A stretch of 64,000 nucleotides of DNA. It comes from Octopus vulgaris. Taxonomy: Eukaryota. The position numbers and the translations under genes are program-made. Within the stretch, counting starts at the first letter, position 1. Each line of letters begins with the position of its first letter. Location: the NCBI GenBank assembly GCA_951406725.2, contig OX597828.1, forward strand, positions 49,662,001-49,726,000, in the 5' to 3' direction. Shown here one piece after another: positions 49,632-63,200 of the stretch. The notes below the pieces were generated by a model that saw only the letters and a list, made by a program, of their open reading frames with translations, did not search any database and was not told the DNA's origin.

Positions 49632-50070
49632 GTGTGTATATATATATCTATACATAGTGTGCGTGTGTGTATATCTATACATACAGTGTACGTGTGTATA
49701 TATCTATACATACAGTGTACGTGTGTGTATATATCTATACATACAGTGTACGTGTGTGTATATATCTATACATACAGTGTACATGTGTGTATATATCTAT
49801 ACATACAGTGTACGTGTGTGTATATATCTATACATACAGTGTACGTGTGTGTATATCTATACATACAGTGTACGTGTGTGTATATCTATACATACAGTGT
49901 ACGTGTGTGTATATCTATACACACTGTATGTGTGTCTGTGCGGGTGCACCCATACACAGCATGTGAACCCATAAACACTATGTGCATCCATATATCTAGA
50001 CACACTGTATGCACGTCCATATATCTATACACACTGTTTTTGTGTGTATGTATCTAGACACACTGTGTTT
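49632..50070. repeat. ~28-30-bp microsatellite-derived tandem array
   Basis: Repeated GTGTGTATA(TA)TCTATACATACAGTGTAC, ~10 copies, then degenerate copies. Confidence 0.9.
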
Positions 50071-51635
50071 ATATATATATATATATACATACACACATTT
50101 CAATATATATGTATATATAATAAAATAAAAAAGGTTCTTGGTACTTTTATAATTGAAAAATTAAGTAGAGATGGCTTTTCGGGGGGGATAACTTTTATTT
50201 TAGTGATAATGTTTACAGTATGGTCTGGGTGGGGTGGATGAGCCAAACTGCTGAGGAGTTTTGGATTGCCTGTCCTTGTTCACTGGTAATAAACTTAATT
50301 CATTGCTTTGTCTATCGCCATAAAATCCATCACCACGATAGAAGATGGCCAAAAGGTAGCACATAGCAGAGGGTCAGCCACAAACCAGCATAATTACAAA
50401 ACAAACTATTTAACCATGCCAGGTTTTGAGAACCGTTTAGTCTTGCTACCAACAAAAAAAGGCTTCCATTGTAATATGTGAGTAGCATGAAAAATGCACC
50501 CAACACTATGGAGTGGTTGGTGCTATGAAGGGCATTCAGCCATAAAAGCCAAACCCAAACTGAGACAGTGAAACTAGATGTGGTAGTTTGTCTCATTAGA
50601 TCTTGTCAAACAGTCCAACCCAAACCAGCATAGAGAACAGACATAAAATGATGTTGCTGCTGCTAATGATGAGTGTATGATTAGAAAGGGAGGAGGGTTG
50701 AATATCTGATCTTTCCCTAAATTTTTTTCAGTAACTATAGCTCTCTTTCCCCTATAACATTTGTAGTTTTATACTAATATAAAAATTATCTTTAAGCATA
50801 GGAAATTGGTATTGTTTTTTTGAGAAGTGTCATCTGCAATCCTTCAAAGTCAATAAAAAAGTACCAGTCAAATACTGGGGTCGATATAATTGACTTACCC
50901 CCACCCCAAGAATTGATGGCCTTGTGCCAAAATTTGAAACCAATAAAAAACTCATTAGATGGAGCTGGTGATATTCTTCAAAGACAGTGGAACCATAGAA
51001 GCCAAAATAGGTTACCAATCTAAGTGGAAAACAGGCTTTTAACAAGTTATCGCATTAAGAGATATCAGATAATTTCCTTATAGTGAATTAAGAGATTAAA
51101 TATTTTGACTTGTTTGGAGAGTGGACAAAAGCTAGCTTTAAAACTGAAACACGATGTAGCTAAAAAAAATGAGGGAACCTCTATGGCTGCATAAGCTGCT
51201 CAACATAGCAGCTAAGTTGAGTTCAAAATGAGATGACTGTTCTTTAAAAGAAAGAGTTTAAAAAATATTGGAACACATTGAAAAATAGAATGATTATGGC
51301 AGGAATATTCAATAGTGGTTGGTCCGGGGTTAAACAACTAGAATAATAAAACCAGATATTTTATATAAATAGGTCAACAGGATACAGGAATGTGTATCAG
51401 AAGTATGATGTAAACGTTTGTAATCTATGGTGAATGTGTGATAAGAATTATAGTGGAAAAGTAGTAGTTTCACAAACACAAATATCTTTGTATGTTGGAG
51501 AAAGATAGAGCCGTCTGCAAAAGAAAATTTGTAGATTTAAGAAGCTTTCAATAAGACCATGCACAAGTAAGATTTCTATAGTTTTTTGTCCCCTGTTAAC
51601 TGCATGTGAATTACACAAATGAGACCCATCTATAT

Positions 51636-51847
51636 ACTCTTTACTCTTTTACTTGTTTCAGTCATTTGACTGCGGCCATGCTGGAGCACCGCCTTTAGTT
51701 GAGCAACTCGACCCCAGGACTTATTCTTTTTGTAAGCCCAGTACTTATTCTATCGGTCTCTTTTGCCAAACCGCTAAGTGACGGCGACGTAAACAAACCA
51801 GCATCGGTTGTCAAGCAATGCTAGGGGGGACAAACACAGATACACAA

Positions 51848-51899
<52 letters not shown>

Positions 51900-52061
51900 G
51901 ACAGGCTTCTTTCAGTTTCCGTCTACCAAATCCACTCACAAGGCATTGATCGGCCCAGGGCTATAGCAGAAGACACTTGCCCAAGATGCCATGCAACAGG
52001 GCTGAACCCAGAACCATGTGGTTGGTAAGCAAGCTACTTACCACACAGCCACTCCTGCGCC
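51636..52061 (-). mobile_element. Family-A tRNA SINE, full length
   Basis: Same consensus with expanded internal (TA)n. Confidence 0.88.
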
Positions 52062-54635
52062 TATACATATATATTTAAAATCTTAAAGCAAGCGAGATAA
52101 TTGCAGTAAGATCAGCTAATTGACATTTTAGGAAAACCTAAATGAAGAAGTAAGTAGATTATCTTTAAAGTCAATGAAAGCAATGGAGAGGTCTTGGTTT
52201 TATTAGAACTCCTCAACAAAGCATATTTTATAGAAGGGAGAAGAGTACCCCCCCCCCTCCCCACAAACAGTGCTTCAATGGACACCTTCATGCTTGCATG
52301 GGTCAGATGGGATTTGTTGGGGCACATTTTCTATGGCCGGATGTCCTTCAGGTTGCTAACTCTTACCCCTTTCCAAGCATTGTAACATTACCCCGTGGCA
52401 GGACAGGTTTCCAAGGGGGATTGAAAATGAACCACAATGCTTTTATGGCAATGCTCATTTAACAAGGAGGCAGTAACACACGCAATGGGCATTTTTCAAT
52501 TTCCATCTACCAAATCCATTCACAAGGCTTTGGCTGGCTCTAAAATTAAAACAAGTGCCATAGTAGCTCCCAAAACTAGACCCCACTATCTAAGCATTGA
52601 TAGATACCTATGAAGAAAGCCAAACAATACAAAGTAAGCAATCCCCACCAACTATGAATCCACAAAGACTTTCCAAGATTGAAGGGCCACCCAGAATAAT
52701 GAGACTAAGATATAAGAAATTCATAATTGAGCACCGTGTATGTGTATTCCCCTCATCAGCCGCTCAAATGGATATCACCATTGTTTTGACACCTGGGCAG
52801 TATTATTCAATTTGGCAGTATCCACAATATCAAAAACAAATACTGCTTGGGAACCCACCAGCTTATTGTAAGTAACAACATAAGAGTAAACAAATAGTGA
52901 TAACTTATAGCTATAATTATCATCATCATTGTTTAACGTCCGTTTTATATGCTGGCATGGGTTGGATGGTTTGACTGAGGTCTGGAGAGCCAGTGGATGC
53001 ACCGGGCTCCAATTTGACCTGGCAATGTTTCTACAGCTGGATGCTCTTCCTAATGCCAACCACTCAGAGTTTAGTGGGTGCTTTTTATGTACAGCGGCAT
53101 GGGAGCCAGTCAGGCCGACCAGATATCGATCACAATCAGATGGTACTTTTTATGTGCCACCGACACAGGAGCCAGTCAGGGGGCACTGTCATCGACCATG
53201 TTCAGATGGTGCATGCATATATATATATATATATATATAGCAATGATAATTATGTCTATCAACAATAGATCTGGGGAAAATCTTTTTAGATGAATACTCT
53301 GCAGAGTGGTTGGTATTAGGAAGGGCATCCAACCATAAAAACCCTGCCAAAACAGACAGTAGCCTTGGGTAGTTTTCTTCCTAGCCAGCTCCTGACAACC
53401 ATCCTACCTATGCATGCATGGAAGACAGACATTAAATAACGATGACCCTCTATACTAAATGCACACAGGCTATAAAGTGTCTCTCACACACACACACACA
53501 TGCATGCATGCACACACGTATTTGTGTATATAATGTAATGAACTGAAAACTGAGGCTATCCATGCAATTAGCAGGCAAAACCTTTGTCTAGGGGGTGTTT
53601 ACAATCTGGAAAAAAGTGCAAAGGAGGTAACGCTGTATATTTTCACATACAAAATTAATATAGGTTTCTAACAAAACCTTTTTTACAATTAAAATACAAG
53701 GAGATAAGCAAGTCCTTTTAATGTTCAGAATTCTCGACCCATTTACATGTTAGAAGTGTATCTGAAACTTGACTTTCAGATTGATAAAATGTATTTGTAG
53801 ATGTTTATCTTGAGACAGAGTTGAAAAGTTGTTACAGATGAATTCAAATTCATTGAAGGTCATACATTGAATTTCGACAACACTTTCATTTCAGCCCAGA
53901 TAATCTTGGCTAATGAGTCCTACATGAGGATGAAATTGATGATCATTGACACATTGAACATTCCAATCCCAATTAACACACACACACACAATCACACCAT
54001 TTTAACCGCCAATTTCTCATGCTTGCATGAGTCAGATGGAATTCATTGAGGCAGACTTTTTTAAAGCAGGATCTCCTTGTTGCTAACTCACCCGTTTATT
54101 AGTAAGGAAATATTTCCCCCATGGTCATACATGTTTTCATGGAGGATTGGAAACAAATGTCACTGCTTTTATGTTGATGCTCATTTACAATTACCACATG
54201 ATATGAAGTACATAGTAGCATACACACACACACACACAGAGCAGGATTTTTTTCAGTTTCTATCCACCAGACCCACTTACAAAGCTTTGACTGGCTTGGA
54301 GCTTTAGTAAAAGACACTTGCTCAAGGTTCCATGCAGTCAAACTGAACTTAACCACACAGTCATATCCGCACCTAACTTCTGGGTTCAGTCCTACTGCAT
54401 GGCACACTAGGCAAGCGTCTTCTATTAAAGCCCAAACTGAGCAATACTTGTTAGTGAATTTGGTGGATGGCAACTGTACAAAGCCCATCATGTGTGCTTG
54501 AGAATATTTATTACTCTTTGTAGGAAGAAAGCAATGAACAATGAAGTTTGCTGAGAAAATCCTGTCAAATCATTTTCTGGCTTGAAAACCAAGTAAGAAT
54601 TAGTGATAGGAAAGGTATCTGGCTGCAAAGCAATG

Positions 54636-55034
54636 GGATCTTTTCGGTTTGAACGGCAGTTTTTAACATATTTTCTAGGTAACTAAAAAATTTTAAACTT
54701 CGTATACTGGTAGATTGTGTTTATAAAACATCTTTTTTCTCTTGGCTTTATTGAGAAAATTCTATAGTTTGTAAGATATTTGTTGTTTTTTTTCTTCAAT
54801 TTCTGCAATTTCAACCAATCAGTGACGTCTATTGAGGTAAAAAGCATTCTGTGCCATATGAATATGTCCCTCGTTTAAGAAACAGATTGGGCTTATTTAC
54901 ATTTGTGAAGAAAAAAAGATACCCTAACCCTAAAAGAGATTGAAATGCAATAGATTGATTCTAGGGTCATAATTATGGGTGACAATTTCATATGACACTG
55001 CTAGAAAAAACTGCCGTTCAAACCGAAAAGATCC
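54636..55034. mobile_element. MITE with 29-bp perfect TIRs and 8-bp TSD; the end of another copy is at 1-14
   Basis: TIR GGATCTTTTCGGTTTGAACGGCAGTTTTT; TSD AAGCAATG at 54628-54635 and 55035-55042. Confidence 0.92.
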
Positions 55035-56251
55035 AAGCAATGTCCTGATAATCTGAATGGATGTAACCTATGCCAACACATAAAATAGATGAACCTTAAG
55101 ATTATCGCCCTTTTTCTTTAAGGAATCATTAACAATAACAGATTAATGTTTGTTGAGAAGGTTTTTACAAATATCATACAGTGCATCTCTCTTAACCTGG
55201 CATATAAATTTATGTCTTTGGCCCATTTCAGTTATTTCCCTTGGTTCACCTTCCTGTGAAGAATAGATGACTAGATCTTCAAAAGATATCTACGCTAACA
55301 AGTGATTCTCCCAGATGGACATGTGTCTCCTGCTTTAAACAGCTGAAACATGGCCACACACACCATGAAACCTATCAATGACAGAGACTACTATTCACAT
55401 TTACAAATTTCAGTTCAAAAAATGAAACTATGTCTAAATCTAAGCTAAGCTGCACTGGCTGCATCCAGCCAGTATCATATCAAAGTCTGTCAACTCCACC
55501 CTCACAGTGTTTCATACTCTATGCTTAATGGCTAAATGAGAAAACTTTATCTGTATTGATGATGATGATAATCTCTTTATCAACAGAGAATTTATGAAAA
55601 CGGTGACTTGTTATATTATTAATACTCATATTTGCTTTCCACTAAGTGCTTTATATTTACTTTCCACTAATTGCTTGTGCATACTTTAGCAACCAATGAA
55701 AAAAAAAAAAAAAAAATCAAACATCTCAACTGACTGTAACCAACAGCATGAAAGGGTAAATACAGCAACAAAGAATTAAGATTAAAAAAATTTAATAAAA
55801 TAACAAATTGCAATCAACAATTAACCTAATTAATAATTTATGCAAGTGCAACTGTTATCAGTTCAACTGAAAGACTTAAACACACAGGCTCATGACTTTC
55901 ATTGTATATAAACTAATTTATTTTTATAAATCAACAATAATATATAAAGTCCTTCTAACTTGAAACCAATGACCCAACAGTATCTCCCCCACTCCTCATA
56001 CTCAAGGCATTTGCCCTTCCACCTCATAATTATCAAAGCTATAAAAAGTAAAATGCAACAAAATATTTTGTAAAAAACCTTTTCATTTCTCTAGTGTAGA
56101 ATTTACACCCTTTTCTACAGGATTCACTTATTTTATTGATACCACCAAGATGCTAGTCAGTCCACCTGTGCATACCTTCCTTCTTGGGACACTTGTGAAG
56201 ACCTGTTGAGGCAAGTGAAAATCAAATCAAAATCGATGAACATCAATGGAA

Positions 56252-56505
56252 CACCATCCGAGCGTGGCCGTTCGCCAGCCTCGTCTGGCACCTGTGTTGG
56301 TGGCACATAAAAAACACCATCTGAGCGTGGCCGTTCGCCAGCCTCGTCTGGCACCTGTGTTGGTGGCACATAAAAAACACCATCCGAGCGTGGCCGTTTG
56401 CCAGCCTCGTCTGGCACCTGTGTCGGTGGCACATAAAAAACACCATCCAAGCGTGGCTGTTCACCAGCCTCATCTGGCACCTGTGTCGGTGGCACATAAA
56501 AAGCA
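56252..56505. repeat. 63-bp minisatellite x4 inside an RTE 3' UTR
   Basis: CACCAT units start at 56252, 56315, 56378, 56441. Confidence 0.93.
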
Positions 56506-57657
56506 CCCACTACACTCACGGAGTGGTTGGCGTTAGGAAGGGCATCCAGCTGTAGAAACACTGCCAGATCAGACTGGGCCTGGTGCAGCCTTCGGGCTTC
56601 CCAGACCCCAGTTGAACCGTCCAACCCATGCTAGCATGGAAAGCGGACGTTAAATGATGATGATGATGCTGTTTTGTCAAACATTGGACAAGCTTATCAC
56701 TCAAGGCCAAGTCCTGTCTTCAAACCTTGATACCATGATAATGATAGCAGAAGCAACTCCAAGTTCTGTCATGATGAATAGGGTCAGCTGAGCATCTTGT
56801 CTCTAGTGTTATTTTATCCTGAAGTCATAAGTTTGTGAAATCGGATCTAATTCTGCCGCTTCCCTCGCTTCTTGCTCAGTCAAATTATGCTCTAATTACC
56901 AAATGAGGTTGTTGACCAATGACAGAAATTGAACACAATGCCAAAAACTGGAACAAATCCTGCAAGCCATTTTGCTTGATACTAAACAATTCCACCAAGA
57001 AAGTTGTCTTTTGGCAGGATTTGATCTCAAAGCACAAAGAGCTGCAACAAATGCAACAAGAACACTGGTTCTCTAACAAATCTGCAAATTTGCATAAATT
57101 TTGCAACTGCTTCAAAATTTAGAGATTTTACATGAAAATTCTTTCAAGTTCAAAGATTCAATATTGAACAATTAGAATCTAACTTGTAACACTAAAGGAA
57201 TGGCAACAAACAGCATTGTTATACTTTCCAATTTTTTTTTATAGTATTTAATGTTTAGACAGGAACCTTGTTGATGTAACTGACATTTATCTAACTGATC
57301 ACAAAATCTACTAAAAATGCTGAGCTGACCTTAACCCTTTTGTTACTGTATTTATTTTGAGATGCTCTGTGTTTCTTTCAATTATTTTAAATATAACAAA
57401 GAATTTAGTAAAACAACTTAGTTATCATTAAGCTAGTGTTAGCAACATAAATTGTGACTAAGGCTTGGTGGAATATTTTAATTCAAAACCTATGGAAACA
57501 AGACATTTTACCACAGAGCCAGAGCCGGTTTTGGCTGGGTTAGTAACAAAAGGGTTAAACCCTTAAAAATGTTTCAGCCCGAAGGCTGCGGCCATGCTGG
57601 GCACCACCATTGAATGACCTTTGAAGAATTTAAACTCAAAGCAATAGTTATCAAAAT

Positions 57658-57695
<38 letters not shown>

Positions 57696-59509
57696 AGGAT
57701 TCCAACCACCCCCACAAGTGACTAAAGGTGGATTGACTCACTGTTATAAAATAAAGAACTTTGAGCGATTGGCAGTTCAGATTGGTAAGCAGATTGAGTC
57801 TCATGTAATAGTAATCATATTGCATCATAAATCCCCCCCCCCGCTTTGTTAAATTATATATCCAACATTGAGATATAAAAATACAGCAGCAACTTTAACC
57901 GTCATTAATTAATTGGATTTAATAGTTATATTGTTGACCCATGCCAGCCTGGAAAATAGACATTAAAAGATAACAATGATAATTATATTTAACTGAAGTG
58001 TCATGTAAAGATAATTAAAGACTATTAAAATATTGTGTGATAAAACAAAGATAATCACAGACATATGTACTGGATAACAGCTATGAGAAATTGTTACTTT
58101 AAGTGTAATTTAGGGAACATTAGACCAAGGAGGTGTAAACTAGACCACTAAACCATTACTAAAAGTGAAAATCAAAATCAAAATCGATCAACATCAATGG
58201 AAATTGTAGTTGTGATACCAGTGCCGGTGGCACATAAGAGAACCATCTGGACGTGGCCGTAGCCAGCACCGCCCTGACTGGCCTCCGTGCTGGTGGCACG
58301 TAAAAAGCACCATCTGATCATGGCCATTTGCCAGCCTCGTCTGGCACGTAAAAAGCACCCACTACACTCACGGAGTGGTTGGCGTTAGGAAGGGCATCCA
58401 GCTGTAGAAACACTGCCAGATCAGACTGGGCCTGGTGCAGCCTTCGGGCTTCCCAGACCCCAGTTGAACCGTCCAACCCATGCTAGCATGGAAAGCGGAC
58501 GTTAAATGATGATGATGATGCTGTTTTGTCAAACATTGGACAAGCTTATCACTCAAGGCCAAGTCCTGTCTTCAAACCTTGATACCATGATAATGATAGC
58601 AGAAGCAACTCCAAGTTCTGTCATGATGAATAGGGTCAGCTGAGCATCTTGTCTCTAGTGTTATTTTATCCTGAAGTCATAAGTTTGTGAAATCGGATCT
58701 AATTCTGCCGCTTCCCTCGCTTCTTGCTCAGTCAAATTATGCTCTAATTACCAAATGAGGTTGTTGACCAATGACAGAAATTGAACACAATGCCAAAAAC
58801 TGGAACAAATCCTGCAAGCCATTTTGCTTGATACTAAACAATTCCACCAAGAAAGTTGTCTTTTGGCAGGATTTGATCTCAAAGCACAAAGAGCTGCAAC
58901 AAATGCAACAAGAACACTGGTTCTCTAACAAATCTGCAAATTTGCATAAATTTTGCAACTGCTTCAAAATTTAGAGATTTTACATGAAAATTCTTTCAAG
59001 TTCAAAGATTCAATATTGAACAATTAGAATCTAACTTGTAACACTAAAGGAATGGCAACAAACAGCATTGTTATACTTTCCAATTTTTTTTTATAGTATT
59101 TAATGTTTAGACAGGAACCTTGTTGATGTAACTGACATTTATCTAACTGATCACAAAATCTACTAAAAATGCTGAGCTGACCTTAACCCTTTTGTTACTG
59201 TATTTATTTTGAGATGCTCTGTGTTTCTTTCAATTATTTTAAATATAACAAAGAATTTAGTAAAACAACTTAGTTATCATTAAGCTAGTGTTAGCAACAT
59301 AAATTGTGACTAAGGCTTGGTGGAATATTTTAATTCAAAACCTATGGAAACAAGACATTTTACCACAGAGCCAGAGCCGGTTTTGGCTGGGTTAGTAACA
59401 AAAGGGTTAAACCCTTAAAAATGTTTCAGCCCGAAGGCTGCGGCCATGCTGGGCACCACCATTGAATGACCTTTGAAGAATTTAAACTCAAAGCAATAGT
59501 TATCAAAAT

Positions 59510-59547
<38 letters not shown>

Positions 59548-60256
59548 AGGATTCCAACCACCCCCACAAGTGACTAAAGGTGGATTGACTCACTGTTATA
59601 AAATAAAGAACTTTGAGCGATTGGCAGTTCAGATTGGTAAGCAGATTGAGTCTCATGTAATAGTAATCATATTGCATCATAAATCCCCCCCCCCCCCGCT
59701 TTGTTAAATTATATATCCAACATTGAGATATAAAAATACAGCAGCAACTTTAACCATCATTAATTAATTGGATTTAATAGTTATATTGTTGACCCATGCC
59801 AGCCTGGAAAATAGACATTAAAAGATAACAATGATAATTATATTTAACTGAAGTGTCATGTAAAGATAATTAAAGACTATTAAAATATTGTGTGATAAAA
59901 CAAAGATAATCACAGACATATTTACTGGATAACAGCTATGAGAAATTGTTACTTTAAGTGTAATTTAGGGAACATTAGACCAAGGAGGTGTAAACTAGAC
60001 CACTAAACCATTACTAAAAGTGAAAATCAAAATCAAAATCGATCAACATCAATGGAAATTGTAGTTGTGATACCAGTGCCGGTGGCACATAAGAGAACCA
60101 TCTGGACGTGGCCGTAGCCAGCACCGCCCTGACTGGCCTCCGTGCTGGTGGCACGTAAAAAGCACCATCTGATCATGGCCATTTGCCAGCCTCGTCTGGC
60201 ACGTAAAAAGCACCCACTACACTCACGGAGTGGTTGGCGTTAGGAAGGGCATCCAG
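56497..60256 (+). repeat. Tandem duplication, period ~1852-1855 bp, bounded by RTE 3'-UTR repeats
   Basis: Identical ORFs at offset 1852 (56516/58368, 57574/59426); two substitutions and a poly-C length difference seen by eye. Confidence 0.97.
57335..57554. mobile_element. piggyBac-type MITE (duplicated at 59187-59406)
   Basis: TTAA|CCCTTTTGTTACT ... AGTAACAAAAGGG|TTAA. Confidence 0.88.
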
Positions 60257-63200
60257 TCGTAGAAACACTGCCATATCAAGACTGGAGCCTGGTGCAACCT
60301 TCTGGCTTCCCAGACCCCAGTCGAACCGTCCAACCCATGCTAGCATGGAAAGCGGACGTTAAACGATGATGATGATGTACTGGACTTCAGTGAAGTACTC
60401 TCTTGTAAAAGAAGGACTGACATGACAAAAGGTAGCAAAGTAACAACATAATTAAGAACCATATATCTCTTGGACAAGTCTAGATAATGGCCATATTCCA
60501 GCTCAACACTGCTTCTTAGTTGTCACTTCACACAACAGAATATCTAAGATGTGGCAACTGGAAAGAACTGCATCAGCACCTGGCTGGTACTTATTTTCAG
60601 GTGAGTAGATTAAAGCAATGTAAAACGAAGTGCCTTGCTTAAAGACACAACACACTGCCAGGCCTAGGGATTGAAACCACATCTCCGAGCTACATACCCT
60701 CACTATCCATCTATACACCACATAACATAATACTTCTCACCAATGAAGGTGACTCTATACCATATCTGTCAATAGTAAAATGTAGCACATTTTCAGTGGA
60801 CACATGAACTTTAAAAAAATTTTAAAAATTGATATAAAAAGTTAAAAATTTAAAGAATTTTTAAATGTTTAACAGTCAAAAAATCTTATTTTTCAATAAT
60901 GCCTAATGAAATAGCATTCTTTATTCCAACCCATAAATTAAAAAGAAATTCTTACAAATTAACAAACTGCTAACTCACTGTCTACAATATGTAATGTGTC
61001 AAGTGGATGATTCTAAGATTTCTTTTTTTCATTCTTCCACACACTTTCTGAATTCAGTCATAGGCACAGGCATGGCTGTGTGGTGAAGAAGGTCGCTTCC
61101 TAACCATGTGGTCTCAGGGTCAATCCCACTATATGGCACTTTAGACAACAGACTTCAACTATAGAGTTGAGCAGATCAAAGCCTTGTGAGTGGATTTTGT
61201 AGACAGAAACTGAAAGGCGACTATCATAGATGCGTGTGTATCCTTGTCTTGACATCATGTAATGGTTGTAAATGAGCATCACTGTCATGCAAGCGAGGTT
61301 GTTTGTTTCCAGTCTTCAGTGAGAAACAGGTCTAGCTAGGGGGAAACATTGCTTTACCTGGAAACAGGTGAGAGTTGGAGATAGAAAGGGCATCTGGCTG
61401 TAGAAAAATTTGCCTCAACAAAGTCTGTCTGATCCATGCAAGCATGGAAAAGTGGGCATTAAATGATGATGAATCATAATTGTATCAACTGTTAATCAGA
61501 AAAATTAAATTAAAAAAAAGAACAAGTTAATAATTAAAATTGATTTCTTGTTTGACATTAAGAACATCCAGCCATAGAAATCATGCCAAAGCAAACAGTG
61601 GAGCACAATGTAGTCCTGTGACTCATAGGGTCCTGTCAAACCATCCAATCCATGACAGTAAGGAAGATGGACATTAAATGATGATGCAAATCTTGTCAGC
61701 TATCACATTGTTAACGAGGGAGATGAAGTTGTTTATGCAAAGAGAAATTTGCAAGAAGAAATTGGGATGTAAAACAAAAAAAAAATGGAAAACCACTCCT
61801 AGAGAATTTCTCATTTAGTAATTGCAAGCTTTTAGTATTTCACTGAGAATTGTCATCCATGGGAAAAAAAAAATCCCTAAGTAATGGTGAGTTTATAATA
61901 GTGTCCTTATATGACGGTCATGAGATAAAAATGGTGCACATTTAACAAAAGCTTCTTTGATTCATCATTACTGTGCATGAGTTAGCAATAAGCAGAAATA
62001 TCCAAGACAGAGTTATGAAAATTAATGCCAACATGCAACGTCAATTTGAAAACCACTTAACCCATTACCCAACAATTATTTTGAAAATAAATGTATTTTT
62101 TCAGACATATTTTTTAATTGTTTTAATTCAGACAGATTTTGGCGAGTCTATCTTTTGACGAGTTAACTTGCCAGAGATAGAAAAAAATGATTTCGGTCAA
62201 AACGCAGGGTAAGGGGTTAATTTCCCGTGACTTTCTTTGTCCTGATCAGATCAGGATATTAATTTGAGTTTGCTTTTAATTACTGGCTGATATTTTCAGA
62301 CATCCTATTTATGAGGAGATAATTACACGTTAGAGAAAATGCCTCAAAAATATGACAGGAAAGACAAAAAGGACAGAATTGTTGAAATGTTTCACAAGAC
62401 ATTTTTTATCTAAAACAGTCTCGGCTAATATGGTAGGCCAAAATGTTGAATTTGTAAAGCAATTTACAGATGCCATTGATCACCCATAATTTTACACAAC
62501 AAATGCTGTGTGCAAGAACAACGTAGTGTAAGAGACCAGATCTGGCCAGTTTCAATGCTGAAGGGTTAAATATTTTGAGGATGTGATTAGAGTTGTGACA
62601 AAAAACCATTTTGATAGCTGACAGGATTTGCAAGAGCACCATCTGAGCGTGATCGTTGCCAGAGCAGCCAGCTGGCTTCCGTGCCAATGGCACGTAAAAG
62701 GGCACCTAACGAGCATGATCGTTACCAATATCGCCTTACTGGCACATATAAAAAGATTCGAGTGAGGTTGTTGCCAGTACCGCTTGACTGGCCCCTGTGC
62801 CGGTGGCACGTAAAAAGCACCCACTACACTCTCAGAGTGGTTGGCGTTAGGAAGGGCATCCAGCTGTAGAAACTCTGCCAAATCAAGATTGGAACCTGGT
62901 GCAGCCATCTGGTTCGCCAGCCCTCAGTCAAAATCGTCCAACCCAAGCTAGCATGGAAAGCGGACGTTAAACGATGATGATGATGATCATCATCATCATT
63001 TAATGTTCATCTTCCTTACTGTCATGGATTGGATGGTTTGACAGGATCCTACGAGTCACATGACTACATTGTGCTCCACTGTCTGCTTTGGCAGGATTTC
63101 TATGGCTGGATGTCCTTTATGCCAAACAAGAAATCAACTTTCTTTTACAGTAGTCTTATATACAACAAAGTACACTGACAATATTTGTTTGAGATGAAAT

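Noticed and set aside
49630-50057. Long overlapping ORFs rich in C/V/Y/I
   Set aside because: Artefacts of stop-free tandem repeats.
56157-56624. 155-aa repetitive ORF (VPPTQVPDEAGERPRSDG)
   Set aside because: Antisense translation of the 63-bp minisatellite in an RTE 3' UTR; the same peptide recurs in many repeat copies.
56700-57330. Hidden exon inside the second tandem duplication
   Set aside because: Short ORFs on both strands show no recognisable homology or convincing splice-site pair.
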